Origin: an uncultured Clostridia bacterium | Lineage (GTDB): Bacteria; Bacillota; Clostridia; Oscillospirales; CAG-272 | Assembly: GCA_904502015.1 (NCBI GenBank) | Contig: CAJGEA010000001.1 | Location: 1 to 61,315, forward strand | DNA length: 61,315 nt | Direction: 5' to 3' | In this document: piece after piece, positions 27,441 to 35,577 of the stretch | Numbering within the stretch: the stretch's first letter is position 1 | Layout of the letters: each line of letters begins with the position of its first letter | Translations under genes and position numbers: made by a program | Notes under the pieces: generated by a model | The model's input: the letters and a program-made list of their open reading frames with translations, nothing else | Told to the model about the DNA's origin: nothing | Databases searched by the model: none

Positions 27441-28766
27441 ATGAGAAAAAATATACGCATTTTCATTGGCATAGCAGCCATACTTTGCCTCACGCTTCTG
27501 CCGGTCAGTTGCGGTGTGAGTAATTTGCCTATAGATCCCAGCGGAGAAACCGCTGCCTCGACGAATGGTGCCGAAACCGACACATCGACAGAACGGAACA
27601 CCGATCAGGACGATACGGATCATACAGATGTCACTGATCAGACGGATCTGGTAACCACCGAGAAGGAATCCACAAAGGAAGATCTGTTTGATTTGCCCAC
27701 TCCGTCGGGGGATTATCTGCTGACCTACGAGAATCTGGGCGTGCTGGGTTCTGAAAACAACATCGTATATTTTGTCATTGACCGCTTTGACTGGGAATAT
27801 TACGTATGGGCAAGAGAAAAAGCCCCCGAAATATTCCACAATCTCGATAGCGGCGGCTTCACCTATTACGATGATGCCATTTCTCTGTATCCCAGAACCT
27901 TCCCAAGCATCGCATATATGGTCACGGGCGCAGAGAACGATTTTTCTCAAACCTGTGAAGACTATTTTGCGTCGGCGTACGGACGGTCCGAATTTATGCG
28001 GCAGCTTTATCGTGAGGGTTACACCGTCAATATATACACAGACGAAGAATACGGCTACATAAACGCCGCCTATATGGCAAACTACACCGCCAACGCCAAG
28101 CCGGCAGGGAACGACCAAGCCACGTATAGCACGGATATGCGTGACATTTACAACCATTTGACGCAAAACGGCATAAGCATCGGCGAAAGCAAGAAAAGCT
28201 ACGCTTTCATCCACCTGTCGGGCACGCATCTGCCGCTGCTGTATGATGAGAATTTTGACTCCCTGCCTGAGGATGACGCCGAAAGGTGGGATTCGACGCT
28301 GGGTATGAAGCAAAGCTTTGCTATCATTAACTACTATATCGACGAAATGAAACGGCTTGGTGTATATGACAACGCCACCATCATCATAACGGGGGATCAC
28401 CCCTCCATCGGCTCGGATAGCGACGTTCCGCTTCGCTGGGCTCACGTAACGCCGCTGTTCGTCAAGCCATCCTCTAACGCGGACGGAGCTTTGCAGGTAT
28501 CGAGTGCCCCCGTCACCCATGCTGATATTTTCCCCACCATCCTCCAAAGTGAAGGGATCGCGAGCGGAATGGATTTCGGAAGATCCCTCTTTGAAATTAC
28601 CGAAGACGAGAACAGGGAACGGCTGTATTATTTCCAGAAATATGATAAAATTGACGGCCGAACTAACTACGAGATGGTGGTATTTGCCATCAACGGCAAG
28701 GCCGCCGATTACAAAAACTGGGAGATCCGCGAGCGGTATTATCTCGGAAAGAGTATTTACGGTTAA
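27441..28766 (+). CDS. alkaline-phosphatase-superfamily (sulfatase/LtaS-like) lipoprotein
   Basis: Lipoprotein signal MRKNIRIFIGIAAILCLTLLPVSCG. FVIDRFDW, YPRTFPSIAYMVTG (nucleophile region) and IIITGDHPS motifs. The RBS is weak, so the start is less certain. Confidence 0.6.
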   Translation: MRKNIRIFIGIAAILCLTLLPVSCGVSNLPIDPSGETAASTNGAETDTSTERNTDQDDTDHTDVTDQTDLVTTEKESTKEDLFDLPTPSGDYLLTYENLGVLGSENNIVYFVIDRFDWEYYVWAREKAPEIFHNLDSGGFTYYDDAISLYPRTFPSIAYMVTGAENDFSQTCEDYFASAYGRSEFMRQLYREGYTVNIYTDEEYGYINAAYMANYTANAKPAGNDQATYSTDMRDIYNHLTQNGISIGESKKSYAFIHLSGTHLPLLYDENFDSLPEDDAERWDSTLGMKQSFAIINYYIDEMKRLGVYDNATIIITGDHPSIGSDSDVPLRWAHVTPLFVKPSSNADGALQVSSAPVTHADIFPTILQSEGIASGMDFGRSLFEITEDENRERLYYFQKYDKIDGRTNYEMVVFAINGKAADYKNWEIRERYYLGKSIYG

Positions 28767-28778
28767 GGAGTTATCAAT

Positions 28779-29294
28779 ATGTCAAAGATTTTGATTGTTG
28801 TAGATATGCAGAACGATTTTATTGACGGTGCGCTTGGAACCAAAGAAGCCGTTGCGATCGTACCGTATGTAAAAAATGTAATCGAAAATTTTGATGGCAA
28901 GGTGTTCTTTACGAGAGACACGCATTTTGAGAATTATTTGCAAACGCAAGAAGGCATGAATCTGCCTGTGCCGCATTGTATCAAAGGAACGGACGGCTGG
29001 CAGATACGCGCAGAACTTGACGCGCTTCGTACCACAGACGCCATAGATAAGCTCACCTTCGGCTCGTCCGATTTGATTGAGGTTTTGAAAAAGGAAACGG
29101 ACATAGAGAGCATCACCTTTGTTGGACTTTGCACCGATATCTGCGTGATATCCAATGCCATGGTCGTTAAGGTGTTCTATCCTGAAATCCCGTTGATCGT
29201 TGATGCCAAGGCCTGCGCGGGTGTAACGCCCGAAAGCCACAAACGCGCCTTGGAGGCAATGAAAATATGTCAGATTAAGGTGATAAACGAGTAA
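28779..29294 (+). CDS. isochorismatase-family cysteine hydrolase (nicotinamidase PncA-like)
   Basis: IVVDMQNDFIDG, PHCIKGTDGW and GLCTDICV catalytic-Cys motif. AAGGAG RBS. Confidence 0.75.
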   Translation: MSKILIVVDMQNDFIDGALGTKEAVAIVPYVKNVIENFDGKVFFTRDTHFENYLQTQEGMNLPVPHCIKGTDGWQIRAELDALRTTDAIDKLTFGSSDLIEVLKKETDIESITFVGLCTDICVISNAMVVKVFYPEIPLIVDAKACAGVTPESHKRALEAMKICQIKVINE

Positions 29295-29321
29295 AAATAT
29301 CACATTCTTGCATGGGCAGAA

Positions 29322-29434
29322 AGAGAAGGGGGGATTCGAACCCCGCTCGGCGCAGCCAAGCATCAAGCTGCGTTCCGCTTCGCTATGTGAATAGAAATCT
29401 ATTAGTTATGTGGCAATTTGAACGAGGCTTCTCC
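29322..29434 (-). pseudogene. degenerate tRNA-like element (T arm and D arm recognisable; not a functional tRNA by eye)
   Basis: Minus strand: GGAGAAG ... GCG-AAGCGGAA-CGC ... CGGGG-TTCGAAT-CCCCC-CTTCTCT. The acceptor halves can pair but are separated by a 42-nt AT-rich insert. The anticodon arm has an 8-nt loop, there is no CCA, and the first T-stem pair is mismatched. Confidence 0.3.
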
Positions 29435-29456
29435 TACCTTCACTCTACTAACGCAA

Positions 29457-29490
29457 CGCAAAAGGGACACCACTCGGTGTCCCTTTTGCG
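29457..29490. terminator. 15-bp perfect hairpin following a tRNA 3'-end remnant
   Basis: CGCAAAAGGGACACC-ACTC-GGTGTCCCTTTTGCG. On the minus strand it directly follows ...CCCGCTCCGCCA (29492-29504). Confidence 0.5.
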
Positions 29491-29532
29491 TTGGCGGAGC
29501 GGGTAGGGCGTAAAACAACCCTATATGTAAAA

Positions 29533-29574
29533 GTGTAGAGTGAAGAGTGAAAAGTGAAGAGTGAAAAAGTAAAG
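29533..29574. repeat. heptamer tandem repeat GTGAARA x5-6
   Basis: gtgtaga gtgaaga gtgaaaa gtgaaga gtgaaaaa gtaaagg, read directly from the sequence. Confidence 0.7.
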
Positions 29575-29605
29575 GGACTAAAACGAGAATCGTTTTAGTC
29601 CCTTT
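29563..29605 (-). terminator. intrinsic terminator of tRNA-Ser
   Basis: 16-bp stem AAAGGGACTAAAACGA/TCGTTTTAGTCCCTTT (29571-29605), starting 1 nt after the CCA end and followed on the minus strand by ACTTTTT. Confidence 0.7.
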
Positions 29606-29606
29606 T

Positions 29607-29695
29607 TGGCGGAGAGAGAGGGATTCGAACCCTCGTGTGCGTTAGCACAAACTGATTTCGAGTCAGCCCCGTTATGACCACTTCGATATCTCTCC
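29607..29695 (-). tRNA. tRNA-Ser (anticodon CGA), type II with long variable arm, CCA encoded
   Basis: GGAGAGA-TA-TCG-AAGTGGTCATAA-CGG-G-GCTGA-CTCGAAA-TCAGT-TTGTGCTAACGCACAC-GAGGG-TTCGAAT-CCCTC-TCTCTCC-G-CCA folds as a canonical cloverleaf (89 nt). Confidence 0.9.
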
Positions 29696-29808
29696 GTATT
29701 AAATTGTAGAAAAAACATCGACTCAAAATCAGACTGATTCCGAGGTCAGCATGTGTTGCAAGCAACACGTTTATGGCCACTTCGATATCTCTCCGTATGA
29801 AATTGTAG
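29674..29808 (-). repeat. 36-nt direct repeat pair (29674-29709 and 29773-29808), 99-bp period
   Basis: tatgRccacttcgatatctctccgtatKaaattgtag occurs twice with 2 mismatches. It covers the first 22 nt of tRNA-Ser plus a TACAAT box. Confidence 0.85.
29710..29794 (-). ncRNA. tRNA-Ser-derived fragment ending in hairpins plus U-tract (candidate small RNA or dead tRNA paralog)
   Basis: The 5' 22 nt are identical in pattern to tRNA-Ser. Then come hairpin GTGTTG-CTTG-CAACAC (29753-29768), a long hairpin (29720-29747) and T6 (29710-29715). There is no T arm or 3' acceptor. Confidence 0.35.
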
Positions 29809-29834
29809 TTTGGATATCTCTCCAAACGCATGAT

Positions 29835-29863
29835 ATTATACCACACTTCCTTCAAAAAAGCAA
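29835..29863 (-). promoter_or_regulatory. promoter heading the tRNA-Ser locus
   Basis: Minus strand: TTGCTT (29863-29858), 17-nt spacer, TGgTATAAT (hexamer at 29840-29835). Confidence 0.5.
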
Positions 29864-29962
29864 TACCTTTTTTGAAAAAACTTTTCAAAAAGGGAAATAT
29901 TCTATCATCATTTTTCTGTATGTTCTATTGCAAACTTCAACATCCAAAATAATCGAATTGAA

Positions 29963-29991
29963 TTGACAAGATCACTGGCATATGGTATAAT
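29963..29991 (+). promoter_or_regulatory. consensus sigma-A promoter of the rluA-like/GH1/EEP operon
   Basis: TTGACA (29963-29968), 17-nt spacer, TATAAT (29986-29991). Confidence 0.65.
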
Positions 29992-30023
29992 ATCACCGTA
30001 TTATGAGGGAAGGGGAAGGGTGC

Positions 30024-30692
30024 ATGGAAATACTGTACAGTGACGAGCATCTGGTTTTTATCTCCAAGCAGCAGGGCGTTCCGTCCCAGCCCGATCCGTC
30101 GGGGCAACGCGATGTTCTCACCATTCTGGCGGAGCAATTTAGGACGGTTTACCCCATCCACCGTCTGGATACCCCGACGGGCGGCGTGATGGTGTTTGGG
30201 CGCACCCCCAAGGCCGCGGCCGCGCTGTGTGCTATGGTACAGGATCACGAGGCTTTTGTCAAGGAATATCTCGCCGTCCTGCCCGCGCGTCCCGATTTCC
30301 CCGAGGGTGAACTTTGCGACCGCCTTTACCATGACCGCCACGCCAATCGCGCTTTCGTAGTGGACAACAAGAGCAACCGAAAGGGAACCAAAGAGGCGCG
30401 GCTTACCTACCGCATTCTTGCCGAGGCAGAGAACGGCCAAACGTTGGTTTGCGTTCGTCTGCATACAGGGCGCACTCACCAGATCCGCGTACAGTTCGCA
30501 TCCCGCAGTTTCCCCTTGATTGGGGACGGCAAGTATGGAAGCCGGATAAAATCCGCGCATCTGGCGCTGTGGTCGTATTCCATCTCGTGCGAGCATCCAA
30601 TCACGCATAAAAAACTGCATATCGTTTCTCCTCCGCCGAAAACCGAAGACCTATGGAATCGGTTTTCGTGGAAAACATTATCAAACGATTGA
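30024..30692 (+). CDS. RluA-family pseudouridine synthase
   Basis: HRLDTPTGGVMVF (catalytic Asp) and GRTHQIRVQF. ATG 30024 behind GGGGAAGGG is preferred over ATG 30003, which would be almost leaderless. Confidence 0.8.
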   Translation: MEILYSDEHLVFISKQQGVPSQPDPSGQRDVLTILAEQFRTVYPIHRLDTPTGGVMVFGRTPKAAAALCAMVQDHEAFVKEYLAVLPARPDFPEGELCDRLYHDRHANRAFVVDNKSNRKGTKEARLTYRILAEAENGQTLVCVRLHTGRTHQIRVQFASRSFPLIGDGKYGSRIKSAHLALWSYSISCEHPITHKKLHIVSPPPKTEDLWNRFSWKTLSND

Positions 30693-30704
30693 AAGGAGCC
30701 TAAA

Positions 30705-32042
30705 ATGGCATTTCCGAGTAATTTTATATGGGGCGTTTCTACCAGCGCGGGCCAGATTGAGGGCGGCGCCTATGATGATGGCCGCACCGCATCCATTTGG
30801 GACACGTTTGCGCAGAAGGAAGGCAAAATTTTTGGCGGACATACTCCGACCGTCGCCTGCGACAGCTATCACCGCTTCTTTGATCGGGATATCCACAATC
30901 TGCTGGGACTTGGAGTCAACTCCTACCGTATGTCCATCTCCTGGTCACGCGTGCTACCTAACGGCATCGGGCAGTTGAATGACAAGGGCATGGATTACTA
31001 CAAGCGCGTTTTTGAAGCCCTCAATACAAACGGCATTTCCCCTAATGTCACCCTCTACCATTGGGATCTGCCACAGGTATTGGAAGAGAAGGGCGGATGG
31101 GCCAACCGCGAAAGCATTGAGTGGTTCGGCGAGTACGCGCACAAGATGTTCTCGTCATTTGGCGACGTGGTTCCCATGTGGTCCACCATCAATGAGCCCA
31201 TCGCCACCTATATCGGCTACGCGCACGGCGCATTTGCTCCCGGGCATACCGATGAAAAGCTCGGCAACCAGGCGCGCCACAACATTCTGGTCGCACACGG
31301 TAAGGGTGTTGAGGCATTCCGTGCCGTAGGTCCTGCCCACTCCAAAGTCGGTGTTGTCATTGACATCTGGAAGCGCCACGCGCTGACCGACTCCCCCGAG
31401 GATCGCGCCCTCGTGATGGATCAGGACGAACGCAACTGGAAGTTCTACTGCGATCCCATTCTCGCGGGCCGTTACAGCGATTATCTGCTGGAGCATCTGG
31501 AGAGGGAAGGCACCTTGATGCACATGGAGCCCCACGATTTCGAGTTGACCTCTCAGCCTATTGATTTCTTTGGCCTGAATGTCTACAACCGCGTTATGGT
31601 CAGCCAGAACCAACAGGCGCTTGCGGACTTCTCGCAGGGCGGCAACTTCATGAACAACCGTTCTGAATACTATCCCAAGGCCGTGTACGATGCCATTCAC
31701 CTTCTACACGATCTCTACCACATCAACTGCCCCATTTACGTAACCGAAAACGGAACCTATTTTGAGGGCGACGAGCCCGTCGGTCCCTCAGGCATGATCG
31801 AGGACGATGACCGCATCCGTTATGTCAAGGGCTTCCTTGAATGGCTGGAACGGGCAGTTGACGAGGGCTTTGACGTCCGTGGCTACTATTTGTGGAGCCT
31901 GATGGACAATTTCGAGTGGCCCGCAGGCTATAACTCTCATTTCGGTATCATGTCTACCGATTTTGAAAACGGAACCACTACCTGGAAAAAGAGCGCATAT
32001 TTCTATCGCGACTTCATCAATTCAATACGTAACGGGAGATAA
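30705..32042 (+). CDS. GH1 beta-glucosidase / 6-phospho-beta-glucosidase
   Basis: TLYHWDLPQ, TINEP (acid/base Glu) and YVTENG (nucleophile Glu). Confidence 0.9.
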   Translation: MAFPSNFIWGVSTSAGQIEGGAYDDGRTASIWDTFAQKEGKIFGGHTPTVACDSYHRFFDRDIHNLLGLGVNSYRMSISWSRVLPNGIGQLNDKGMDYYKRVFEALNTNGISPNVTLYHWDLPQVLEEKGGWANRESIEWFGEYAHKMFSSFGDVVPMWSTINEPIATYIGYAHGAFAPGHTDEKLGNQARHNILVAHGKGVEAFRAVGPAHSKVGVVIDIWKRHALTDSPEDRALVMDQDERNWKFYCDPILAGRYSDYLLEHLEREGTLMHMEPHDFELTSQPIDFFGLNVYNRVMVSQNQQALADFSQGGNFMNNRSEYYPKAVYDAIHLLHDLYHINCPIYVTENGTYFEGDEPVGPSGMIEDDDRIRYVKGFLEWLERAVDEGFDVRGYYLWSLMDNFEWPAGYNSHFGIMSTDFENGTTTWKKSAYFYRDFINSIRNGR

Positions 32043-32047
32043 TAAGC

Positions 32048-32749
32048 ATGGCACAATTTACACTCGCTTCCTTTAACATTTGCTCGGCTCATTTCATGGA
32101 GCAAACGTACACCGAAAAAAATCTCCATCGCCTTGCCGATATGATTGCCCAGAGCGGCGCCGACGTTGTAGCACTTCAAGAAGTGGATCGCGGCGCAAAC
32201 CGTTCGGGCGGCGTGGACATGGCGGCACGCCTTTCCGAGCTTTCGGGGCTTCCTCACCATTACTTCATCAAGATCCGTGATTTTCAGGGCGGCGAATACG
32301 GCACGGCCATCCTCTCCCGCTATCCCATCGTCGAGAGCCAAACTCTCAATTTTCCCGTTCAGATTGCCACGCAGGGCACGTCCTGCGGTTGGGTCAAGCT
32401 GGATGTGGAGGGGGAAAGCGTAACCGTATTCAACACCCATCTGTCGGTGGAGAGCGAGGAGGCCAACACCGAAACCCTTTGCTGCTTTGGCGACATTCTC
32501 AAGGACTATCTCGCAAACCATGACGGAGGATGCCTGGCGTGCGGTGATTTCAACACGCTTCCCACCAAGGTCGCCCAGTACTTGCCGTGGATGCATCGCG
32601 CCCACGACGGTCTTGTAACCTTCGCTGACCGTTCCATTGACCATATTGTTTACGCCGATCCCATTCAGGTCAGCAACGCGCGCACCATGAATACGCAGGT
32701 GGATCGAGTAACCGACCACAATATGCTGCTGGTAGATGTAACCGTATAA
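32048..32749 (+). CDS. endonuclease/exonuclease/phosphatase (EEP) family protein
   Basis: VALQEVD, ACGDFN and VTDHNMLLV motifs. Confidence 0.75.
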   Translation: MAQFTLASFNICSAHFMEQTYTEKNLHRLADMIAQSGADVVALQEVDRGANRSGGVDMAARLSELSGLPHHYFIKIRDFQGGEYGTAILSRYPIVESQTLNFPVQIATQGTSCGWVKLDVEGESVTVFNTHLSVESEEANTETLCCFGDILKDYLANHDGGCLACGDFNTLPTKVAQYLPWMHRAHDGLVTFADRSIDHIVYADPIQVSNARTMNTQVDRVTDHNMLLVDVTV

Positions 32750-32752
32750 TAC

Positions 32753-32791
32753 AAATCCCCATTCCGGCCTTGCGGTACGGAATGGGGATTT
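32753..32791. terminator. bidirectional terminator between the EEP gene and purA
   Basis: AAATCCCCATTCCG ... CGGAATGGGGATTT (14-bp arms) with A/T flanks. Confidence 0.75.
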
Positions 32792-32797
32792 TAATTG

Positions 32798-34069
32798 TTA
32801 CAATTTTATGTAAGCGTTTCTTTGAGGGCCGACCGACACGTACGTGATCTTGGCCCCCACCAGCTGCTCGATATACTTGACGTAGGTGAGAGCGGCCGGA
32901 GGAAGATCATAGGCGGTTCTGCATTCGGTAATGTCCGAGTGCCATCCGTCTACGTACTCAATCACAGGCTTAGCGACCTCCAGATCTGCACCGATAGGGA
33001 AATCGGTGGTTCGCACGCCGTTGATCTCGTAGGCAACGCATACGGGGATCTTGTCGAGGAAGGAAAGGGAATCCAGCTTGGTCAGTGCCAGCTCGGTGGC
33101 ACCCTGAATGCGAACGCCGTAGCGGGACGCAACGGCATCAAACGCGCCAAGGCGGAAGGGACGTCCCGATGCTACGCTGTACTCGTCACCCACTTGGCGT
33201 AGCTCCTCGGCCGCTTCGTCATGCAGCTCGGTTACGAACGGCCCGTCGCCAAGACATGAGGAAAATGCCTTCATAACGCCAATGGTGCGATCCAGCTTGA
33301 GAGCGGGCACACCCGCACCAATAGTCGCGTAGGCGGCAATGGTAGACGAAGACGAGGTGTAGGGATAAATACCGAAGTCAATATCGCGCAGGGCTCCCAG
33401 CTGAGCCTCAAAGAGAATGCGCTGGCCCTCGGCGGCAGCCTCGGTCAGATAGATGCCGGTATCGCAAATATACTCCCCGAACACCTTGCCGTAATGCAGG
33501 GCCCAATTCAGAATTTCATCGTAATCCACCGCCTGCTTATGGTACATTCCCTCGGCCTCCAGCGTCTTGTAGGCAACGATTCCGCGCAGACGCTTGGCCA
33601 GGTACTCAGGATTGCGGAGGTCACCCATACGGATGGCCTTGCGCAGGTACTTGTCACCGTACACATAGGCATTGGCACGTGTGGTGTCGCTGGCCTTATC
33701 AGCGCCAAAGCGCTCCTCCTCGTAGTTGTCGATAGAGATATGATAAGGCATTGTGACAATGGCGCGATCCGAGATTTTGAGGTTTCTGGGAGAAACGTCC
33801 GCACCCTTTTCGCGTACACCGTCAATCTCTTTTTCCAGATGCTCGGGGTCAATGCACATACCGTTGCCCATAATGCAAACGATTTCGGGGTGAAGGATGC
33901 CCGAGGGAAGGAGATTCAAAACGAACCGCCCCTGCTCGTTGACGATGGTGTGACCGCCGTTGCTTCCGCCCTGATAGCGAACAACAATGTCCGCCTCGCG
34001 GGAGAGCAGGTCGACCATGCGGCCTTTTCCTTCGTCACCCCAGTTGATTCCAACAATGGATGTTAACAT
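32798..34069 (-). CDS. purA: adenylosuccinate synthase
   Basis: INWGDEGKGRMVD and YQGGSNGGHT P-loop region, with full-length similarity to the PurA pattern. Confidence 0.9.
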   Translation of the reverse strand: MLTSIVGINWGDEGKGRMVDLLSREADIVVRYQGGSNGGHTIVNEQGRFVLNLLPSGILHPEIVCIMGNGMCIDPEHLEKEIDGVREKGADVSPRNLKISDRAIVTMPYHISIDNYEEERFGADKASDTTRANAYVYGDKYLRKAIRMGDLRNPEYLAKRLRGIVAYKTLEAEGMYHKQAVDYDEILNWALHYGKVFGEYICDTGIYLTEAAAEGQRILFEAQLGALRDIDFGIYPYTSSSSTIAAYATIGAGVPALKLDRTIGVMKAFSSCLGDGPFVTELHDEAAEELRQVGDEYSVASGRPFRLGAFDAVASRYGVRIQGATELALTKLDSLSFLDKIPVCVAYEINGVRTTDFPIGADLEVAKPVIEYVDGWHSDITECRTAYDLPPAALTYVKYIEQLVGAKITYVSVGPQRNAYIKL

Positions 34070-34135
34070 ACAGTTTTGTCATTCCTTTCGTGAGTACACC
34101 GCCAAGACGTAGAGCATTGGCGGTTTTGCCGTGCG

Positions 34136-35545
34136 TCAGTCCTCGGAGGTAGGCAGGGCGCAAGGATTGCCTCCGTCCGAGGGGGAAGAAGATTGTACTG
34201 CCTTGTGGGATACCACTGCATCCTCCTCGCCCAAAATGAACTTGCGAGTGATGGTTACGGTATCCGCCGTTTCGTCGGAGGGAAGCTCGTACATCAGTTT
34301 CATCATGAACTGCTCCATGATGGCGCGCAAGCCGCGCGCTCCCGTGTTTCGTGCAAGCGCTTCCTCAGCAATGGCCTCCAGCGCGTCCTCCTCGAAGATC
34401 AGGCGAATATGATCCAGACCAAACAATTTCATGTATTGCTTGATGATCGCGTTTTTGGGATCGCGCAGAATGCGAATGAGCGCGTGTCTGTCCAGATCGT
34501 TCAGTGTCACGATGACAGGAAGACGGCCGACAAGCTCGGGAATCAATCCGAACTTGACGATATCATGGGGAACAACGCTTTTGAAAATGCCTTGGTCGAC
34601 ACGCTCGGACTTCTTGCGGATCTCGCCGCCGAATCCGATGGTGGTGCCGCCCTCGCGACGTTCAATGATCTGCTCCAGGCCGTCAAACGCACCGCCGCAG
34701 ATGAACAGAATGTTCTCGGTATTGATGCGAATGAACTCCTGCCCGGGGTGCTTTCGGCCGCCCTGCGGGGGGACGTTGGAGATCGTGCCTTCCAAAATCT
34801 TAAGGAGAGCTTGCTGCACACCCTCGCCCGATACGTCACGGGTAATGGAGCGATTTTCGCTCTTACGGGCAATTTTATCAATTTCGTCAATATAAATGAT
34901 GCCTCGCTCAGCACGCTCAATATCAAAGTCGGCAGCCTGGATCAGGCGGAGAAGAATGTTCTCTACATCCTCGCCTACGTAGCCTGCCTCGGTCAGTGTG
35001 GTGGCATCCGCAATGGCAAAGGGAACCTGAAGAGTCTTGGCCAGTGTCTGCGCGAGATAAGTTTTACCGACGCCGGTGGGGCCAAGAAGCAGCACGTTGC
35101 TCTTCTGGATATCAACCTCGGCAAGCTCTGCCATAAAGTCATCCGATGCCTCTTGGGTGTGGCGGCCCTTTTTCTTTTTTGGCATTTTGGTCAGGATGCG
35201 CTTGTAATGGTTGTAAACGGCGACAGACAGCGCGATCTTGGCGTCGTCCTGACCGATTACATACTCGTCCAGCGATGCTTTGATCTGCATGGGCTTGGGA
35301 AGAGTGTGAATATTGAGTTCTCCCGTTGCCTGCTCATGCGTGCTTGCGGTCGCTTCCTCAATCTGCTCGTTGCAGGCGTCTACACAAAAATCGCAAATGT
35401 ACGAGCCCGAAGAGGAGGAGATCAGGAAATTCACTTGATTCTCACTGCGACCGCAGAAGGAACAAAAATGAAGGGTTCCGCCGCCGTTTTTGCTCTTGTC
35501 AGATCCGCGGTGATCTCGATTGGTAGTGTTTGGCATAGGAAACAA
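34136..35545 (-). CDS. clpX: ATP-dependent Clp protease ATP-binding subunit ClpX
   Basis: N-terminal zinc ribbon [11 protein letters not shown]...CDFC, Walker [22 protein letters not shown] and [10 protein letters not shown]. The start is either TTG 35545 (RBS 5 nt upstream) or ATG 35536. Confidence 0.9.
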   Translation of the reverse strand: MFPMPNTTNRDHRGSDKSKNGGGTLHFCSFCGRSENQVNFLISSSSGSYICDFCVDACNEQIEEATASTHEQATGELNIHTLPKPMQIKASLDEYVIGQDDAKIALSVAVYNHYKRILTKMPKKKKGRHTQEASDDFMAELAEVDIQKSNVLLLGPTGVGKTYLAQTLAKTLQVPFAIADATTLTEAGYVGEDVENILLRLIQAADFDIERAERGIIYIDEIDKIARKSENRSITRDVSGEGVQQALLKILEGTISNVPPQGGRKHPGQEFIRINTENILFICGGAFDGLEQIIERREGGTTIGFGGEIRKKSERVDQGIFKSVVPHDIVKFGLIPELVGRLPVIVTLNDLDRHALIRILRDPKNAIIKQYMKLFGLDHIRLIFEEDALEAIAEEALARNTGARGLRAIMEQFMMKLMYELPSDETADTVTITRKFILGEEDAVVSHKAVQSSSPSDGGNPCALPTSED

Positions 35546-35577
35546 AGAAATCCTTTCTGGTTTGATAAAGGAATTGT

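Noticed and set aside
29322-29450. Possibility that the TTCGAAT-containing element is tmRNA or tRNA-Sec.
   Set aside because: It is far too short for tmRNA. It has no GGGG...CCCC-ACCA acceptor with a G3-U70 pair and no tag reading frame. The TCA triplet sits ~14 nt from the 5' end, not in an anticodon loop, and there is no 8/5 or 9/4 acceptor/T geometry.
29533-29574. CRISPR-like or other spaced repeat array.
   Set aside because: The units are contiguous 7-mers with no spacers. There are no cas genes, and no array of 24-40-nt repeats exists anywhere in the window.
29312-29966. Small ORFs 29312..29506 +, 29595..29888 - and 29751..29966 + in the tRNA locus.
   Set aside because: They overlap the tRNA-Ser gene, its terminators and the tRNA-like remnants. 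They have no RBS, and their composition is dictated by the RNA elements.
32781-32811. dif-like XerD arm TTATGTAAGCG near the orientation switch.
   Set aside because: Only the TTATGTAA core matches. The presumptive XerC arm (TTTTAATTGTT) shows no similarity to known dif left arms, and the motif lies within the purA 3' end.
34070-34135. Riboswitch or T-box leaders upstream of purA, thrC, nagB, ecfA1, ispG, polC and the GH1 gene.
   Set aside because: The leaders are short (mostly under 70 nt), and I see none of the signature cores (T-box AGGGUGGNACC, ZTP, purine, SAM, TPP, glmS). The only hairpins present are explained as terminators of the upstream genes.
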